Assembly: GCA_018830645.1 (NCBI GenBank)
Contig: JAHJSA010000050.1
Span: 45,676 to 109,675 of the forward strand
Source of the DNA: Actinomycetota bacterium
GTDB lineage: Bacteria; Actinomycetota; Thermoleophilia; RBG-16-64-13
Direction of reading: 5' to 3'
DNA length: 64,000 nt
The notes beneath the pieces were generated by a model, which saw only the letters and a program-made list of their open reading frames with translations, did not search any database and was not told where the DNA came from. Positions 48,489 to 57,559 of the stretch are shown piece by piece (the stretch's first letter is position 1; every line of letters begins with the position of its first letter). The position numbers and the translations under genes are program-made.

Positions 48489-50209
48489 TGCAGCTGCCGA
48501 GCGAAGAGATACCCCTGCGCAAGCCGGGGAAGAAGCGCACCGGCGAGATTCTCGTAGAGATGGGGCTACTCACACCCCAGCAGCTCGAAGAGGCGCTCGA
48601 GGAACAGAAGACCTCGCATCTGCGCATCGGCGAAGTACTTGTAGCGAAGGGGTGGATCAAGCACACCGAGCTGACCGAGGCCCTTGCCCGTCGTCTGGGT
48701 GTGCGGTATCTCGATCTCTCGACCACCAAGGTCGAGCATGCCGCGGCGAACCTGATCACCGAGAAGGACGCCAGGCGCTACGCGGCGATCCCCGTGTCGT
48801 ACCTCAACGACCACACCTTGCTGGTGGCCATGGTCGATCCGGCCAACATCTTCGCGATCGACGACCTGCGTATCCTCACCGGGTGCGACGTCGAGCCGGC
48901 TATCGCCACCGAGGAAGACATCTTCGGGCAGATCTCAAAGCTACGGAGTCTCGAGGACAAGGTCGGCGCGAACCTCGAGGAGCAAGTCGAATCGACCGAA
49001 CTCAGCCCCAACGAAGTGCGCGACATCAGGGAGCAGATCGACGAAGCTCCCATCGTCAAGTTGGTCAACAGCATCATGGCGCAGGCAGCTGAGGACGGCG
49101 CGTCCGACATCCACTTTGAGCCTCAGGCCAAAGAGATGGTCATCCGCTTCCGCAACGACGGGGTGCTTCACGAGGTCATGTCGGTGCCCCGGCGCATGCA
49201 ATCCGGAGTGCTCTCGCGCATCAAGATCATGGCCGACCTCGACATCGCCGAGCGCCGCGTGCCTCAGGACGGTCGTATCGGCCTCATGGTCGGAGGGAAG
49301 CCCATCGACATGCGGGTGGCCTCGCTGCCGACCGTGTACGGTGAGAAGATAGTGATGCGGCTTCTGGATAGGTCCAACGTCATGCTTCGTCTGCAGGACC
49401 TCGGTTTCTCGGAGAAGAGCCTTGCCCGATTCCGCAAGTCTTTCACGAAGCCGTATGGAGCGATGCTGGTAACGGGTCCGACGGGTTCGGGCAAGTCCAC
49501 AACGCTGTATGCTACGTTGAACATACTGAACACGCCGGAGAAGAACATCATCACTGTCGAGGACCCTGTGGAGTACCGATTGACCGGCATCAACCAGGTG
49601 CAGGCGAATCTGCGGGCGGGGCTGACCTTCCCTGTCGCCCTCAAGTCGATCCTGCGCTGCGACCCGGACATCGTCATGATCGGCGAGATCCGGGACAAGG
49701 AGACCGCTCAGATAGCCGTGGAGTCCGCTCTGACCGGTCACCTGGTCCTTTCGACTCTGCACACCAACGACGCTCCGGGCGCCCTGTCCCGTCTCACCGA
49801 GATGGGCATCGAGCCGTTCCTCACAGCTTCCGCCGTCGATTGCGTTCTCGCTCAGCGCCTCGCACGCAAGTTGTGTGAAGGGTGCAAGGAACCCTACAAG
49901 CCCACGCAGGAGATGCTCCGTCGGAACGACTTCCCCATGGAGGCCTGCGAAGACTGGGAGAACGTCACCCTCTACAAGCCGGTAGGATGTCCGCGCTGCA
50001 ACGGAACCGGCTACAAGGGGCGCCTCGGCATCTACGAGGTCATGCTGGTCACCGAGGCCATCGAGAGACTCACTGTCGAAAGGAAGAGCGCGGACGAGAT
50101 CAGTCGTGTCGCGCAGGCAGAGGGGATGAAGAGCCTACGGGAGGACGGTATCGAGAAAGTGCTGCAGGGCCGTACAGCGATCGAGGAGATCGCCCGTGTC
50201 ATTGTGTGA
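48488..50209 (+). CDS. pilB: Type IV pilus assembly ATPase PilB (GspE family) with MshEN domain
   Basis: ASDIHFEP, DIAERRVPQDG, GPTGSGKSTT, DPDIVMIGEIRD, LTGHLVLSTLHTN, CxxC...CxxC; N-terminal tandem MshEN repeats. Confidence 0.93.
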   Translation: MQLPSEEIPLRKPGKKRTGEILVEMGLLTPQQLEEALEEQKTSHLRIGEVLVAKGWIKHTELTEALARRLGVRYLDLSTTKVEHAAANLITEKDARRYAAIPVSYLNDHTLLVAMVDPANIFAIDDLRILTGCDVEPAIATEEDIFGQISKLRSLEDKVGANLEEQVESTELSPNEVRDIREQIDEAPIVKLVNSIMAQAAEDGASDIHFEPQAKEMVIRFRNDGVLHEVMSVPRRMQSGVLSRIKIMADLDIAERRVPQDGRIGLMVGGKPIDMRVASLPTVYGEKIVMRLLDRSNVMLRLQDLGFSEKSLARFRKSFTKPYGAMLVTGPTGSGKSTTLYATLNILNTPEKNIITVEDPVEYRLTGINQVQANLRAGLTFPVALKSILRCDPDIVMIGEIRDKETAQIAVESALTGHLVLSTLHTNDAPGALSRLTEMGIEPFLTASAVDCVLAQRLARKLCEGCKEPYKPTQEMLRRNDFPMEACEDWENVTLYKPVGCPRCNGTGYKGRLGIYEVMLVTEAIERLTVERKSADEISRVAQAEGMKSLREDGIEKVLQGRTAIEEIARVIV

Positions 50210-50280
50210 GCAGACGAGCCTCGGGGTCCCAGGGCAAGGCCTGCTCTTGATCTACCTGGCCCAGCGTCATGGAGGTGACC

Positions 50281-51345
50281 GTGGAACTCGTTGAGATCCT
50301 GAAGGAGGTGCTCGAGAGGGGAGCCTCCGACCTCCACATCTCAGTGGGGGTGCCACCGACTCTTAGGGTCAGCGGCAAGCTCGTGCATCTCGATGCCCCG
50401 AGGGTCACCACGAATGACGCGCGTTCCCTCATTTACAGCATCCTTACGCAGGATCAGCGCCAAAAACTCGAGAACGACTGGGAGCTTGACTTCTCGTACT
50501 CCGTGCCCGGCCGAGCCCGGTTCCGGGTCAACGCGTATTTCCAGCGCAACAGCCTCGGAGCCGCTTTCCGTCTCATCCCGGTGGACATCAAGTCCATCGA
50601 CGAGCTGGGGTTGCCGCCGATTCTGCACGAACTAGCGCGCAAGCCACGCGGTTTCGTACTCGTCACTGGGCCCACGGGCTCGGGCAAGTCCACGACCCTG
50701 GCAGCCATGATTGACGCGATCAACAAGGAGCGTGACGATCACATCATGACCATCGAGGATCCGATCGAGTTCCTTCACCGCCACCAGAACTGCATCGTGA
50801 ACCAACGAGAGGTGGGAACCGACACGAAGTCCTTCGCCAAGGCCCTGAAGTCTGTGCTCCGGCAAGACCCCGACATCATCCTTGTGGGGGAGCTCCGCGA
50901 TCTCGAGACGATCACGACCGCTCTGACCGCCGCGGAGACGGGGCATCTGGTCTTCGCGACACTTCACACTCAAGACGCGCCTCAGACCATCGATCGCCTC
51001 ATAGACGTGTTCCCGCCGCATCAGCAAGAACAGATACGTGTGCAGATCGCTGCGACCATCCAGGGCATCGTCACGCAGCAATTGCTTGAGCGGCGCGACG
51101 GCAAGGGCCGGATCGCCGCCTGCGAGGTCTTGATCCCGACGCCTGCGGTTCGGAACCTCATCAGGGAGGGGAAGACGCATCAGATCTACACCACCATGCA
51201 GACGGGCACCAAGCACGGCATGCAGACCATGGACTCCACCTTGGCCGACCTTGTGAGGCGAGGCCTGATCACGAAGGAACTGGCTGATCGTCGATCGTCG
51301 AATCCGGAAGACCTCAAACGACTCCTCGTATCTGGGGCGGCGTGA
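50281..51345 (+). CDS. pilT: Type IV pilus retraction ATPase PilT
   Basis: ASDLH, GPTGSGKSTT, TIEDPIE, AAETGHLV, AVRNLIRE, GMQT; GGAGGT before GTG 50281. Confidence 0.95.
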   Translation: MELVEILKEVLERGASDLHISVGVPPTLRVSGKLVHLDAPRVTTNDARSLIYSILTQDQRQKLENDWELDFSYSVPGRARFRVNAYFQRNSLGAAFRLIPVDIKSIDELGLPPILHELARKPRGFVLVTGPTGSGKSTTLAAMIDAINKERDDHIMTIEDPIEFLHRHQNCIVNQREVGTDTKSFAKALKSVLRQDPDIILVGELRDLETITTALTAAETGHLVFATLHTQDAPQTIDRLIDVFPPHQQEQIRVQIAATIQGIVTQQLLERRDGKGRIAACEVLIPTPAVRNLIREGKTHQIYTTMQTGTKHGMQTMDSTLADLVRRGLITKELADRRSSNPEDLKRLLVSGAA

Positions 51346-51398
51346 CGCTCGGGCCACAGGGCGTTCGCGGGTAGCGCTGCAGGAAAGGAAGAGCCACC

Positions 51399-52613
51399 AT
51401 GACCACCTTCACATACACGGCTAAGCCATCGGGCGGCAGCCTGATGGACGGCGAGATACAGGGGGATTCGAAAGCCGCGGTGGCCGCCGAGCTCAGGCGG
51501 CGCGGCCTAACCGTGATGTCCCTCGAGGAGAAGAAGGGCCTACCCAACATCGGCGAGCTGCTCGAGGGCATGAGCAGTATCAAGCTCCGCGACAAGGTCA
51601 TCTTCTCTCGACAGTTCGCCACCATGATCAACGCGGGTCTTGCGCTGCTCCGGGCGCTTTTTATCCTGGAAGAGCAGACGGAGAACCCGCGCCTCCAGAA
51701 GATCATCAAGGCCGTCCGCCAGGATGTCGAGGCGGGTATGCCCCTCTCGGACTCCTTCGAGAAGCACCCGATCGCGTTCGACAGACTCTACGTCAGTATG
51801 GTCCGGGCCGGCGAAGTCGGAGGGGTACTCGACCTGACCCTCGAACGCCTAGCGACCCAACTCGAGAAAGACGACAGCCTCCGAAGATCGGTCAAGTCGG
51901 CCATGACGTACCCGATCCTCATCTTCGTCTTCGCGATCGTCGTGCTGTTCGCGCTCATCCTCTTCGTGATACCTGTGTTCGCCGGCATGTACGACGGATT
52001 GGGCGGTCAATTGCCGCTTCTCACCCGGATCATGGTGGGAGCAAGTGACTTTATGCGCTCGTTCTGGTTTGTCGTGTTCCCAGCCGCCTTCCTGCTCTTC
52101 TACGGGCTCAAGCGGCTCAAGAACACCAAGACGGGCACCGAGACCTGGGACAAGATCAAGCTGCGCCTGCCCATGAAGCTGGGCCCGATCGTGCAGAAGA
52201 TCGCCGTTTCCCGCTTCAGCCGGACGCTGGCGACGCTGGTGAGTTCCGGTGTGCCGATCCTGCAGGCCATCGACATCACGGGAAAGACCTCGGGCAACAC
52301 GGTCATAGAGTACGCGATGGAAGCGGTCAGAGAGAACATCAAGAGCGGAGATTCGATCTCACGCCCTCTCGAGAAGATAAAGGTGTTTCCACCGATGGTC
52401 ACCCAGATGATCGCCATCGGGGAGGAGACGGGTGCTCTCGACACCATGCTCCACAAGATCGCCGACTTCTACGAGGATGAGGTCGATTCCGCGGTCAAGT
52501 CACTCACGTCGATCATCGAGCCGATCATGATGATCTTCATCGGTGGCATCGTGGGCCTCGTCGTCGTCTCCATGTACCTGCCGATCTTCAACCTGTTCCA
52601 GTTGGTGGAGTAG
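51399..52613 (+). CDS. pilC: Type IV pilus platform protein PilC (GspF family)
   Basis: FSRQFATMINAG, AGEVGG.L, AMTYP, GEETGALD.ML, IEP. Confidence 0.94.
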   Translation: MTTFTYTAKPSGGSLMDGEIQGDSKAAVAAELRRRGLTVMSLEEKKGLPNIGELLEGMSSIKLRDKVIFSRQFATMINAGLALLRALFILEEQTENPRLQKIIKAVRQDVEAGMPLSDSFEKHPIAFDRLYVSMVRAGEVGGVLDLTLERLATQLEKDDSLRRSVKSAMTYPILIFVFAIVVLFALILFVIPVFAGMYDGLGGQLPLLTRIMVGASDFMRSFWFVVFPAAFLLFYGLKRLKNTKTGTETWDKIKLRLPMKLGPIVQKIAVSRFSRTLATLVSSGVPILQAIDITGKTSGNTVIEYAMEAVRENIKSGDSISRPLEKIKVFPPMVTQMIAIGEETGALDTMLHKIADFYEDEVDSAVKSLTSIIEPIMMIFIGGIVGLVVVSMYLPIFNLFQLVE

Positions 52614-52653
52614 GCGCGAGCTATCCGACGCCGAAGGCGCACGGGCCGACTGG

Positions 52654-53508
52654 ATGTACATGTCTGGAGCTTCCAACGTGGAAGACGACATACGGGCAGC
52701 AGCCGCTTCTCTCGGGGTATCGGATGGGAGAGCCGGTGCGCAGCCCACCGGCAACCTGCCGCGAACGTTCCCGGCCAACGAAGCCCTGCTGGCCGCGTAC
52801 CGGCGCGGAGATTTGGGCGCGCTCGATCGACTTCTCGAGAAGAACGAACCGTTGTTGCATCATGCTCTGAAGAGGTTCTCGTATTCCTCAGAGCCTTACG
52901 AGGACCTGTTCCAGGTCGCGCGCCTCGGCTTCATGAAAGCGGTCCACAGGTACGACGAGACCCGAGGCACCGCTTTCTCCACGTACGCTATCGCCATCGC
53001 CGACGGCGAGATCCGCCATCATCTTCGAGACGCCCTGTTGGTACGTCAACCGCGCTGGGCGCGAGGTCTCTACGCGCACATCGTCGAGGCGCAGACGGAG
53101 TTCTTCCGGGAGCACGGCCGCTCACCGACAATCGCGGAGGTGGCAGCCCTCGTCAACATCCAGGAGAAGGGCGTTCTGGAGATCATCAGAGCGCAGGCGA
53201 ACCTCAACGTGCATTCCCTGGACGAGCCCTTCGACGAGCCCGATGGTGGCCGAGCGCCCGACAGGACCTTGGTCCGATCCATCCGCGCCGAATCGTTCTC
53301 GCTGCCCATCGAGGACCGTATCCTGTTGTACGAAGCCCTGGGCGTACTCTCCGACCTCCAGAAGAAGATTATATACCTGCTGTTCTTCCGTGATCTGACG
53401 CAGCAAGAGGTCGCAGACGAGATCGGCCTCACCCAGCGCGCCGTATCACGCGAAAACGTGAAGGCCATGGACCGGCTGAAGGCGATCCTGAGCAAACGCG
53501 TCTTCTGA
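52654..53508 (+). CDS. Divergent SigB/SigF-like sigma-70 factor
   Basis: YEDLFQVARLGFMKAVHRYD, FSTYA, GEIRHHLRD, GRSPTIAEVA, LTQQEVADEIGLTQRAVSR; start uncertain. Confidence 0.88.
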   Translation: MYMSGASNVEDDIRAAAASLGVSDGRAGAQPTGNLPRTFPANEALLAAYRRGDLGALDRLLEKNEPLLHHALKRFSYSSEPYEDLFQVARLGFMKAVHRYDETRGTAFSTYAIAIADGEIRHHLRDALLVRQPRWARGLYAHIVEAQTEFFREHGRSPTIAEVAALVNIQEKGVLEIIRAQANLNVHSLDEPFDEPDGGRAPDRTLVRSIRAESFSLPIEDRILLYEALGVLSDLQKKIIYLLFFRDLTQQEVADEIGLTQRAVSRENVKAMDRLKAILSKRVF

Positions 53509-53573
53509 CACCGCCTCGGCAGTCCTGGGCGACGATCCCTCGCAGGATTCCCCTACGTCCCAGCCGCTCTTCC

Positions 53574-53601
53574 ACGCACGATAATGTATGTTATGTAAAG
53601 A
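53574..53601 (+). other. dif site (XerC/D chromosome dimer resolution)
   Basis: ACGCACGATAA-TGTATG-TTATGTAAAGA fits the 11-6-11 dif layout; intergenic, AT-rich, at the + to - gene orientation switch. Confidence 0.88.
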
Positions 53602-53625
53602 AGCCACCGTAAAGCGGCCTTCACG

Positions 53626-54138
53626 TCAGTACCGGATCAGACTGAAGACGTCGTAGCCCTCGAGGCGGTCACGCCCCTTCAGGAACTCCAACTCGATGAC
53701 AAAAGCCAGGCCGACCACTATGCCGCCTGACTTCTCCACCAGCTCGATCTTCGCTCTCGCGGTTCCTCCTGTGGCAAGAAGGTCATCGTGGATGATGACG
53801 CGCTGGCCGGGCGCTATCGCGTCCACATGCATTTCGAGGCAGTCTACGCCGTACTCCAGGTCGTAGTCGGCGCGGGCCACGTCCCAGGGCAGCTTTCCCG
53901 GCTTTCGCGCCGCCGCGAAGCCAGCCCCCACCGCGTAGGCAAGTGCCGCGCCGAGGATGAACCCTCTGGCCTCCGCACCCAAGATCACATCAGGGGTCCG
54001 CTCCTTGCTGAAATCAGCGAGTCGCTCCACCGTATAGCGAAGCGCCTCAGCGTCTTGAAGGAGCGGCATTATGTCCTTGAAGATGATGCCCGCTTTCGGG
54101 AAATCGGGCACGTCTCGGATGAAGGTGCTTAAATCCAT
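53626..54138 (-). CDS. apt: Adenine phosphoribosyltransferase
   Basis: DFPKAGIIFKDI, EARGF, RKPGKLP, LEYG, DDLLATGGT. Confidence 0.97.
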   Translation of the reverse strand: MDLSTFIRDVPDFPKAGIIFKDIMPLLQDAEALRYTVERLADFSKERTPDVILGAEARGFILGAALAYAVGAGFAAARKPGKLPWDVARADYDLEYGVDCLEMHVDAIAPGQRVIIHDDLLATGGTARAKIELVEKSGGIVVGLAFVIELEFLKGRDRLEGYDVFSLIRY

Positions 54139-54164
54139 GGGGCTCCTCGGGTCATCTTGGGAGG

Positions 54165-54917
54165 TCAGCCGGCAAGCCGCGAGAGTTCTCGGTACAGGAG
54201 CAGGTCGAGCAGACGAGCCATGAGCGAGCCGAGATCGGCCAGCGCCCGCGTCCCTTCCTCTCTCCTGTCCTTGTTCGCCGATCTCATCGCCGGCGCCACC
54301 ACTTGTGCCAGCAACGCGGCCTCACGTTCCGCCGACGAACTGAGGACACGCAGATTGCGAGGCTCGACCCCATGGCGGCTCAAGAGGTCGCAGATGCGCA
54401 CCACCTCCAGGTCTGGTTCCGAGAGGCGCGTTTCGGTCATCGGCGTGGCTGCATCGAAGAGATGGAACTCGGCAAGAGCACGAAGAAACGACTCCGAAAC
54501 TCCGGTGATGCTCAACGCCTGGTCCCACGTGTACGCGGGTACTCCTCGCTTGAGGCCGCGAGGCGTGTCGAAGGGTCCGGAGGGTGCCAAGGGTCGGCCG
54601 ACCGCTGAAGCGGTGCCACGCTCGAGGCGCTCTTTGATCACATCGAGGGGCAAGAACTCGTCCCGCTGAAGAGTCAGGATAGTGCGCAGCGTTCGGACAG
54701 CCGCCTGGCCGTACTTTCGGTAGCCCCCCGGAGTGCGCTCCGGCGACACGAGGCCTCGATCCTCCAGATAACGGATCTTGCTGATGGTCAGGTCGGGGAA
54801 CTCCCCGCGGAGGCGTGCCACCACTCCGCCGATCGCCAAGAGGGTCTCGGCCTGTCCCTCGAGAGCCCCCGCAGTCTCTCCGCCGGCCGTATCCTGACGC
54901 TGCGGGCGATCAGTCAT
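54165..54917 (-). CDS. MerR family regulator (actinobacterial Rv1828/FtsR-like)
   Basis: IG.V...L..EFPDLTISKIRYLE..GLV.PERTPGGYRKY, LQRDEFLPL, GVEPRNLR, AEREA. Confidence 0.88.
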   Translation of the reverse strand: MTDRPQRQDTAGGETAGALEGQAETLLAIGGVVARLRGEFPDLTISKIRYLEDRGLVSPERTPGGYRKYGQAAVRTLRTILTLQRDEFLPLDVIKERLERGTASAVGRPLAPSGPFDTPRGLKRGVPAYTWDQALSITGVSESFLRALAEFHLFDAATPMTETRLSEPDLEVVRICDLLSRHGVEPRNLRVLSSSAEREAALLAQVVAPAMRSANKDRREEGTRALADLGSLMARLLDLLLYRELSRLAG

Positions 54918-55384
54918 CAGTCGATCGGTTCCAGAAACGCCAGTTTGAACTTACCGATCTGCAGTTCATCGCCGTCGGCGAGGTGCTGGCGCTCGACTCT
55001 GCCCCGGTTGACATAGGTGCCGTTCAGGCTGTTCAGATCTTCGACCGCGTACCCGGTAGCATCGCGCACGACGCGGGCGTGATGACGAGAAACAGTGACA
55101 TCGTCGAGGAACAGGTGGCTCTCCGGGTTGCGGCCGATGGTCAGGAGGTCGCTATCGAGGGGGATCTGCTCTCCCTCGCTACCCCCGCCCGCTCTGATCA
55201 GAAGAACAGGGTAGCGGCTCACCCCTCCGGAGACATCTGGGCCGGCTCCTGCCTCATCCCCATCGAGGGGCGCATACGTGACGGTGGTCTCGGCGAGGTC
55301 GGCGATGACCAAGCGGCTGCCACAACGACTACAGAAGTTGGCGTCTCCGCTGTTCTCGAAGGAGCACTTGGCGCACGAGGTCAT
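54917..55384 (-). CDS. Zinc-ribbon + FHA domain protein (GarA/OdhI-like)
   Basis: CAKC...FCSRCG, ETT motif, IGR, FLDDVTVSRHHA, SLNGTYVN, QIGKFKL. Confidence 0.9.
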   Translation of the reverse strand: MTSCAKCSFENSGDANFCSRCGSRLVIADLAETTVTYAPLDGDEAGAGPDVSGGVSRYPVLLIRAGGGSEGEQIPLDSDLLTIGRNPESHLFLDDVTVSRHHARVVRDATGYAVEDLNSLNGTYVNRGRVERQHLADGDELQIGKFKLAFLEPID

Positions 55385-55671
55385 GCCTCGTCCTCTTCTG
55401 TGTGGGCGAGCTGCCTCTGGTAGTGGGTGAATTCGGCCGCCATCTGATCCTCGATGCCTCGCAGTACTTCCGGGCTCTCCAGGATATGCGCGCGGTCCTC
55501 AGCATCTGTGTTGTTGATAATGTATGGGTCGGCCATCACCTGATCGAACCTCCGACCCTTGCTCAGTTCCGTCACGATGTACCGGAGGATCCTCTCCTCG
55601 CGCACACCGACGGAGAGTTCGTGGAAGAGCCTCTCCATACCCCTTACGACTCGGTCGATCCTATCCCCCAT
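55381..55671 (-). CDS. Hypothetical protein, 96 aa
   Basis: GGAGGT RBS, overlaps the FHA gene start, helical composition. Confidence 0.75.
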   Translation of the reverse strand: MGDRIDRVVRGMERLFHELSVGVREERILRYIVTELSKGRRFDQVMADPYIINNTDAEDRAHILESPEVLRGIEDQMAAEFTHYQRQLAHTEEDEA

Positions 55672-55686
55672 GGGACCACCTCCGCC

Positions 55687-55965
55687 TCAGAGCTCTTCTT
55701 CGGCCAACCCGCGGGAGCTGAGGATGCTGCTGAGCTTCTCGACGTCGCCCTCGACGAAGAGACTCTTGCCGCTCGAATGCTTGTCTCTCAGCCGACGAAC
55801 CATCTCTGCGCGAAGGATGTCGAGCTTCGCGTGGATGATCCGGCGGGTCTTGGAGACCTCTCGCTCCTCTGCCGCCAGTTGCTCGGCGAGTACCTTGATC
55901 TCGTCATCGCCCTTCGACTGTATGTCGATGAGCAGTTCGAACGATGAGGTGTCGTAGTCGTTCAT
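55687..55965 (-). CDS. rsiG: Single-motif RsiG-family c-di-GMP-binding anti-sigma factor
   Basis: E-REV-S-KT-R-RII-H-AKL-D fits E(x3)S(x2)R(x3)[Q/H](x3)D, followed by ILRAE.V.RLR. Confidence 0.82.
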   Translation of the reverse strand: MNDYDTSSFELLIDIQSKGDDEIKVLAEQLAAEEREVSKTRRIIHAKLDILRAEMVRRLRDKHSSGKSLFVEGDVEKLSSILSSRGLAEEEL

Positions 55966-55972
55966 GGCTTCT

Positions 55973-56001
55973 AGTATACCCCCGTGGCTACGAACCATCA
56001 A
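55973..56001 (-). promoter_or_regulatory. Sigma-A-type promoter, probably giving a leaderless rsiG mRNA
   Basis: TTGATG-N17-TATACT ending 7 nt before ATG 55965; no SD. Confidence 0.65.
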
Positions 56002-56041
56002 CCTTGACTAGAGGTTGGCGACCACCGCCTCCCCCAAGATC

Positions 56042-56068
56042 AAGGGCAGGCACCACGCGCCTGCCCTT
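56042..56068 (-). terminator. Hairpin downstream of gcvH
   Basis: AAGGGCAGGC...GCCTGCCCTT 10-bp inverted repeat. Confidence 0.6.
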
Positions 56069-56109
56069 CGTGCTACATGGTCTGTCCTACCGTACGGACG
56101 GCTGCAGGT

Positions 56110-56496
56110 TCACTCGTCCTGCTCTGCGAGGATCTGCTCGTATTCCTCGGCCGACATGAGTTCCTCGAGTTCGCTCGGGTCGCTCAGCTTGATCTTGATG
56201 AGCCAACCGTCTTCGTAGGGGCTCTCGTTGATCAACTCGGGAGCATCCACGACTTCCTCGTTAGTCTCGACGATCGTGCCGCTCAGCGGAGCGTAGACAT
56301 CGGTCACCGCCTTCACCGATTCGATCTCGGCATACGTAGTACCGGCGGCGACTTCCGTGCCTACCTCGGGAAGCTCGATGTAGACGATGTCGCCGAGGGC
56401 CTCCTGGGCGTAATCGGTCACACCGAGTACAGCGATGTCACCCTCGATACGGGCCCAATCATGCTCCTTGTGGTACTTGAGGTTCTTGGGGTTCAC
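56110..56496 (-). CDS. gcvH: Glycine cleavage system H protein
   Basis: KYHKEHDW, GVTDYAQEALGD, IESVKA (lipoyl-Lys), NESPY..GW. Confidence 0.96.
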   Translation of the reverse strand: MNPKNLKYHKEHDWARIEGDIAVLGVTDYAQEALGDIVYIELPEVGTEVAAGTTYAEIESVKAVTDVYAPLSGTIVETNEEVVDAPELINESPYEDGWLIKIKLSDPSELEELMSAEEYEQILAEQDE

Positions 56497-56577
56497 TAGC
56501 GCTCCTTTCTCGCCAAGCGTGGCTGGCCACATGATAGCACAGGCTTCCCGGCCTCCCGCCCATCGAACCGGCGCTAC

Positions 56578-56913
56578 TCAACTCGCCTGCGGCGCGTCGC
56601 TCAGACTCTCTAGAAGCAGGCTGTCGAGAGTCCGATCTATGGTCACTGGAGACGTGATGGCAGTGAACTCGACGCTCTCGAAGGCGAAGTGACCTTCCTT
56701 GAGTGCGATGAGACCCCAGAAGGCCTCAAGGGCGGATTCAGCCCCTACCTGCTCGGCGTGGATGACTCGTCCCCGAGCTATGACGATCATGCCCTCGATA
56801 TCGGTGTGATCGACTGAGCAGCGGAGCTCTACTTCTCCCGTCCTCTTCCCATGCACGAGCACCTGCAGGATCTCAGGAAGAGCGAAGTCCCTCAGGTCGC
56901 CGACAAAAGCCAT
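56578..56913 (-). CDS. Stand-alone DUF4388/PATAN-like protein
   Basis: GDLRDFALPEILQ....KRTG.V...G.V.HA....EG.F.F...LDSLLLE; AGGAGG RBS. Confidence 0.82.
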   Translation of the reverse strand: MAFVGDLRDFALPEILQVLVHGKRTGEVELRCSVDHTDIEGMIVIARGRVIHAEQVGAESALEAFWGLIALKEGHFAFESVEFTAITSPVTIDRTLDSLLLESLSDAPQAS

Positions 56914-57060
56914 CGCCCTCCTATGCCTCGTCATCCAACGTCGGTCGCGGGGGATTCTACCAACGCGGACCCGCATAGCAAAGGCTACAGGGCCTTGTTA
57001 TACTTCTGCCCGTGCTTCCAGCCGCAACCTAGCGGCCCACATGTGCACAAGGAGGTGCTC

Positions 57061-57555
57061 TTGGTTCGCCGCAGGGGGCTGGTAATCAACGATCGGCAGA
57101 TGCAGCTCGTGGATGACATCCTCGATAAGCTGCGCCAGGTTTCGGGGTCGCGCTTCATCGCCCTGGTCTCCACGAGCGGCCAACCCATCACGACATCGTC
57201 AGTGGAAGCTCACCCTGACACCCTGTCCCTCGCCTCCTTGGCCGCCAGTTCGTTCGCTGCGACTCAGCAGCTCGCAGAGGTGCTGCACGAGCGGGAGTTC
57301 ACCCTGCTGTTCCACGAAGGCCGCGAGAGCAATTTGCACGTGGCGCAGGTCACGGACCAAGTCTTGCTTGTGATCACGTTCGGACGTGAGACCCAGGTGG
57401 GCAAGGTGCGGCTCTACACGAACCGAGCGGTAGAGGTACTCCGCCCTGTGTTCGATTCGAACGATGGCGACGACCAGACCAACCTCATGATAGACGACGA
57501 CTACTCGCTGCTCGCGGACGAGGCCATAGACGACCTCTTCGCGGACATGGAGTGA
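57061..57555 (+). CDS. mglB: MglB roadblock/LC7 protein (GAP for MglA)
   Basis: DTLSLASLAASSFAATQQLA..L.E.EF..LFHEG....LH, G.VRL; AAGGAGGT before TTG 57061; upstream of mglA. Confidence 0.9.
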   Translation: MVRRRGLVINDRQMQLVDDILDKLRQVSGSRFIALVSTSGQPITTSSVEAHPDTLSLASLAASSFAATQQLAEVLHEREFTLLFHEGRESNLHVAQVTDQVLLVITFGRETQVGKVRLYTNRAVEVLRPVFDSNDGDDQTNLMIDDDYSLLADEAIDDLFADME

Positions 57556-57559
57556 CCTC

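Noticed and set aside
52654-53508. This sigma as the WhiG partner of RsiG
   Set aside because: Region 2 is SigB/F-like (GEIRHHLRD) rather than FliA/WhiG-like, and I could not see the WhiG KYVAGR-type segment.
53581-53590. Resemblance of ATAATGTATG to the loxP core
   Set aside because: No 13-bp loxP arms; the flanks fit dif.
56497-56577. Glycine riboswitch upstream of gcvH
   Set aside because: Only about 80 bp, containing a -10-like element and RBS; no aptamer motifs.
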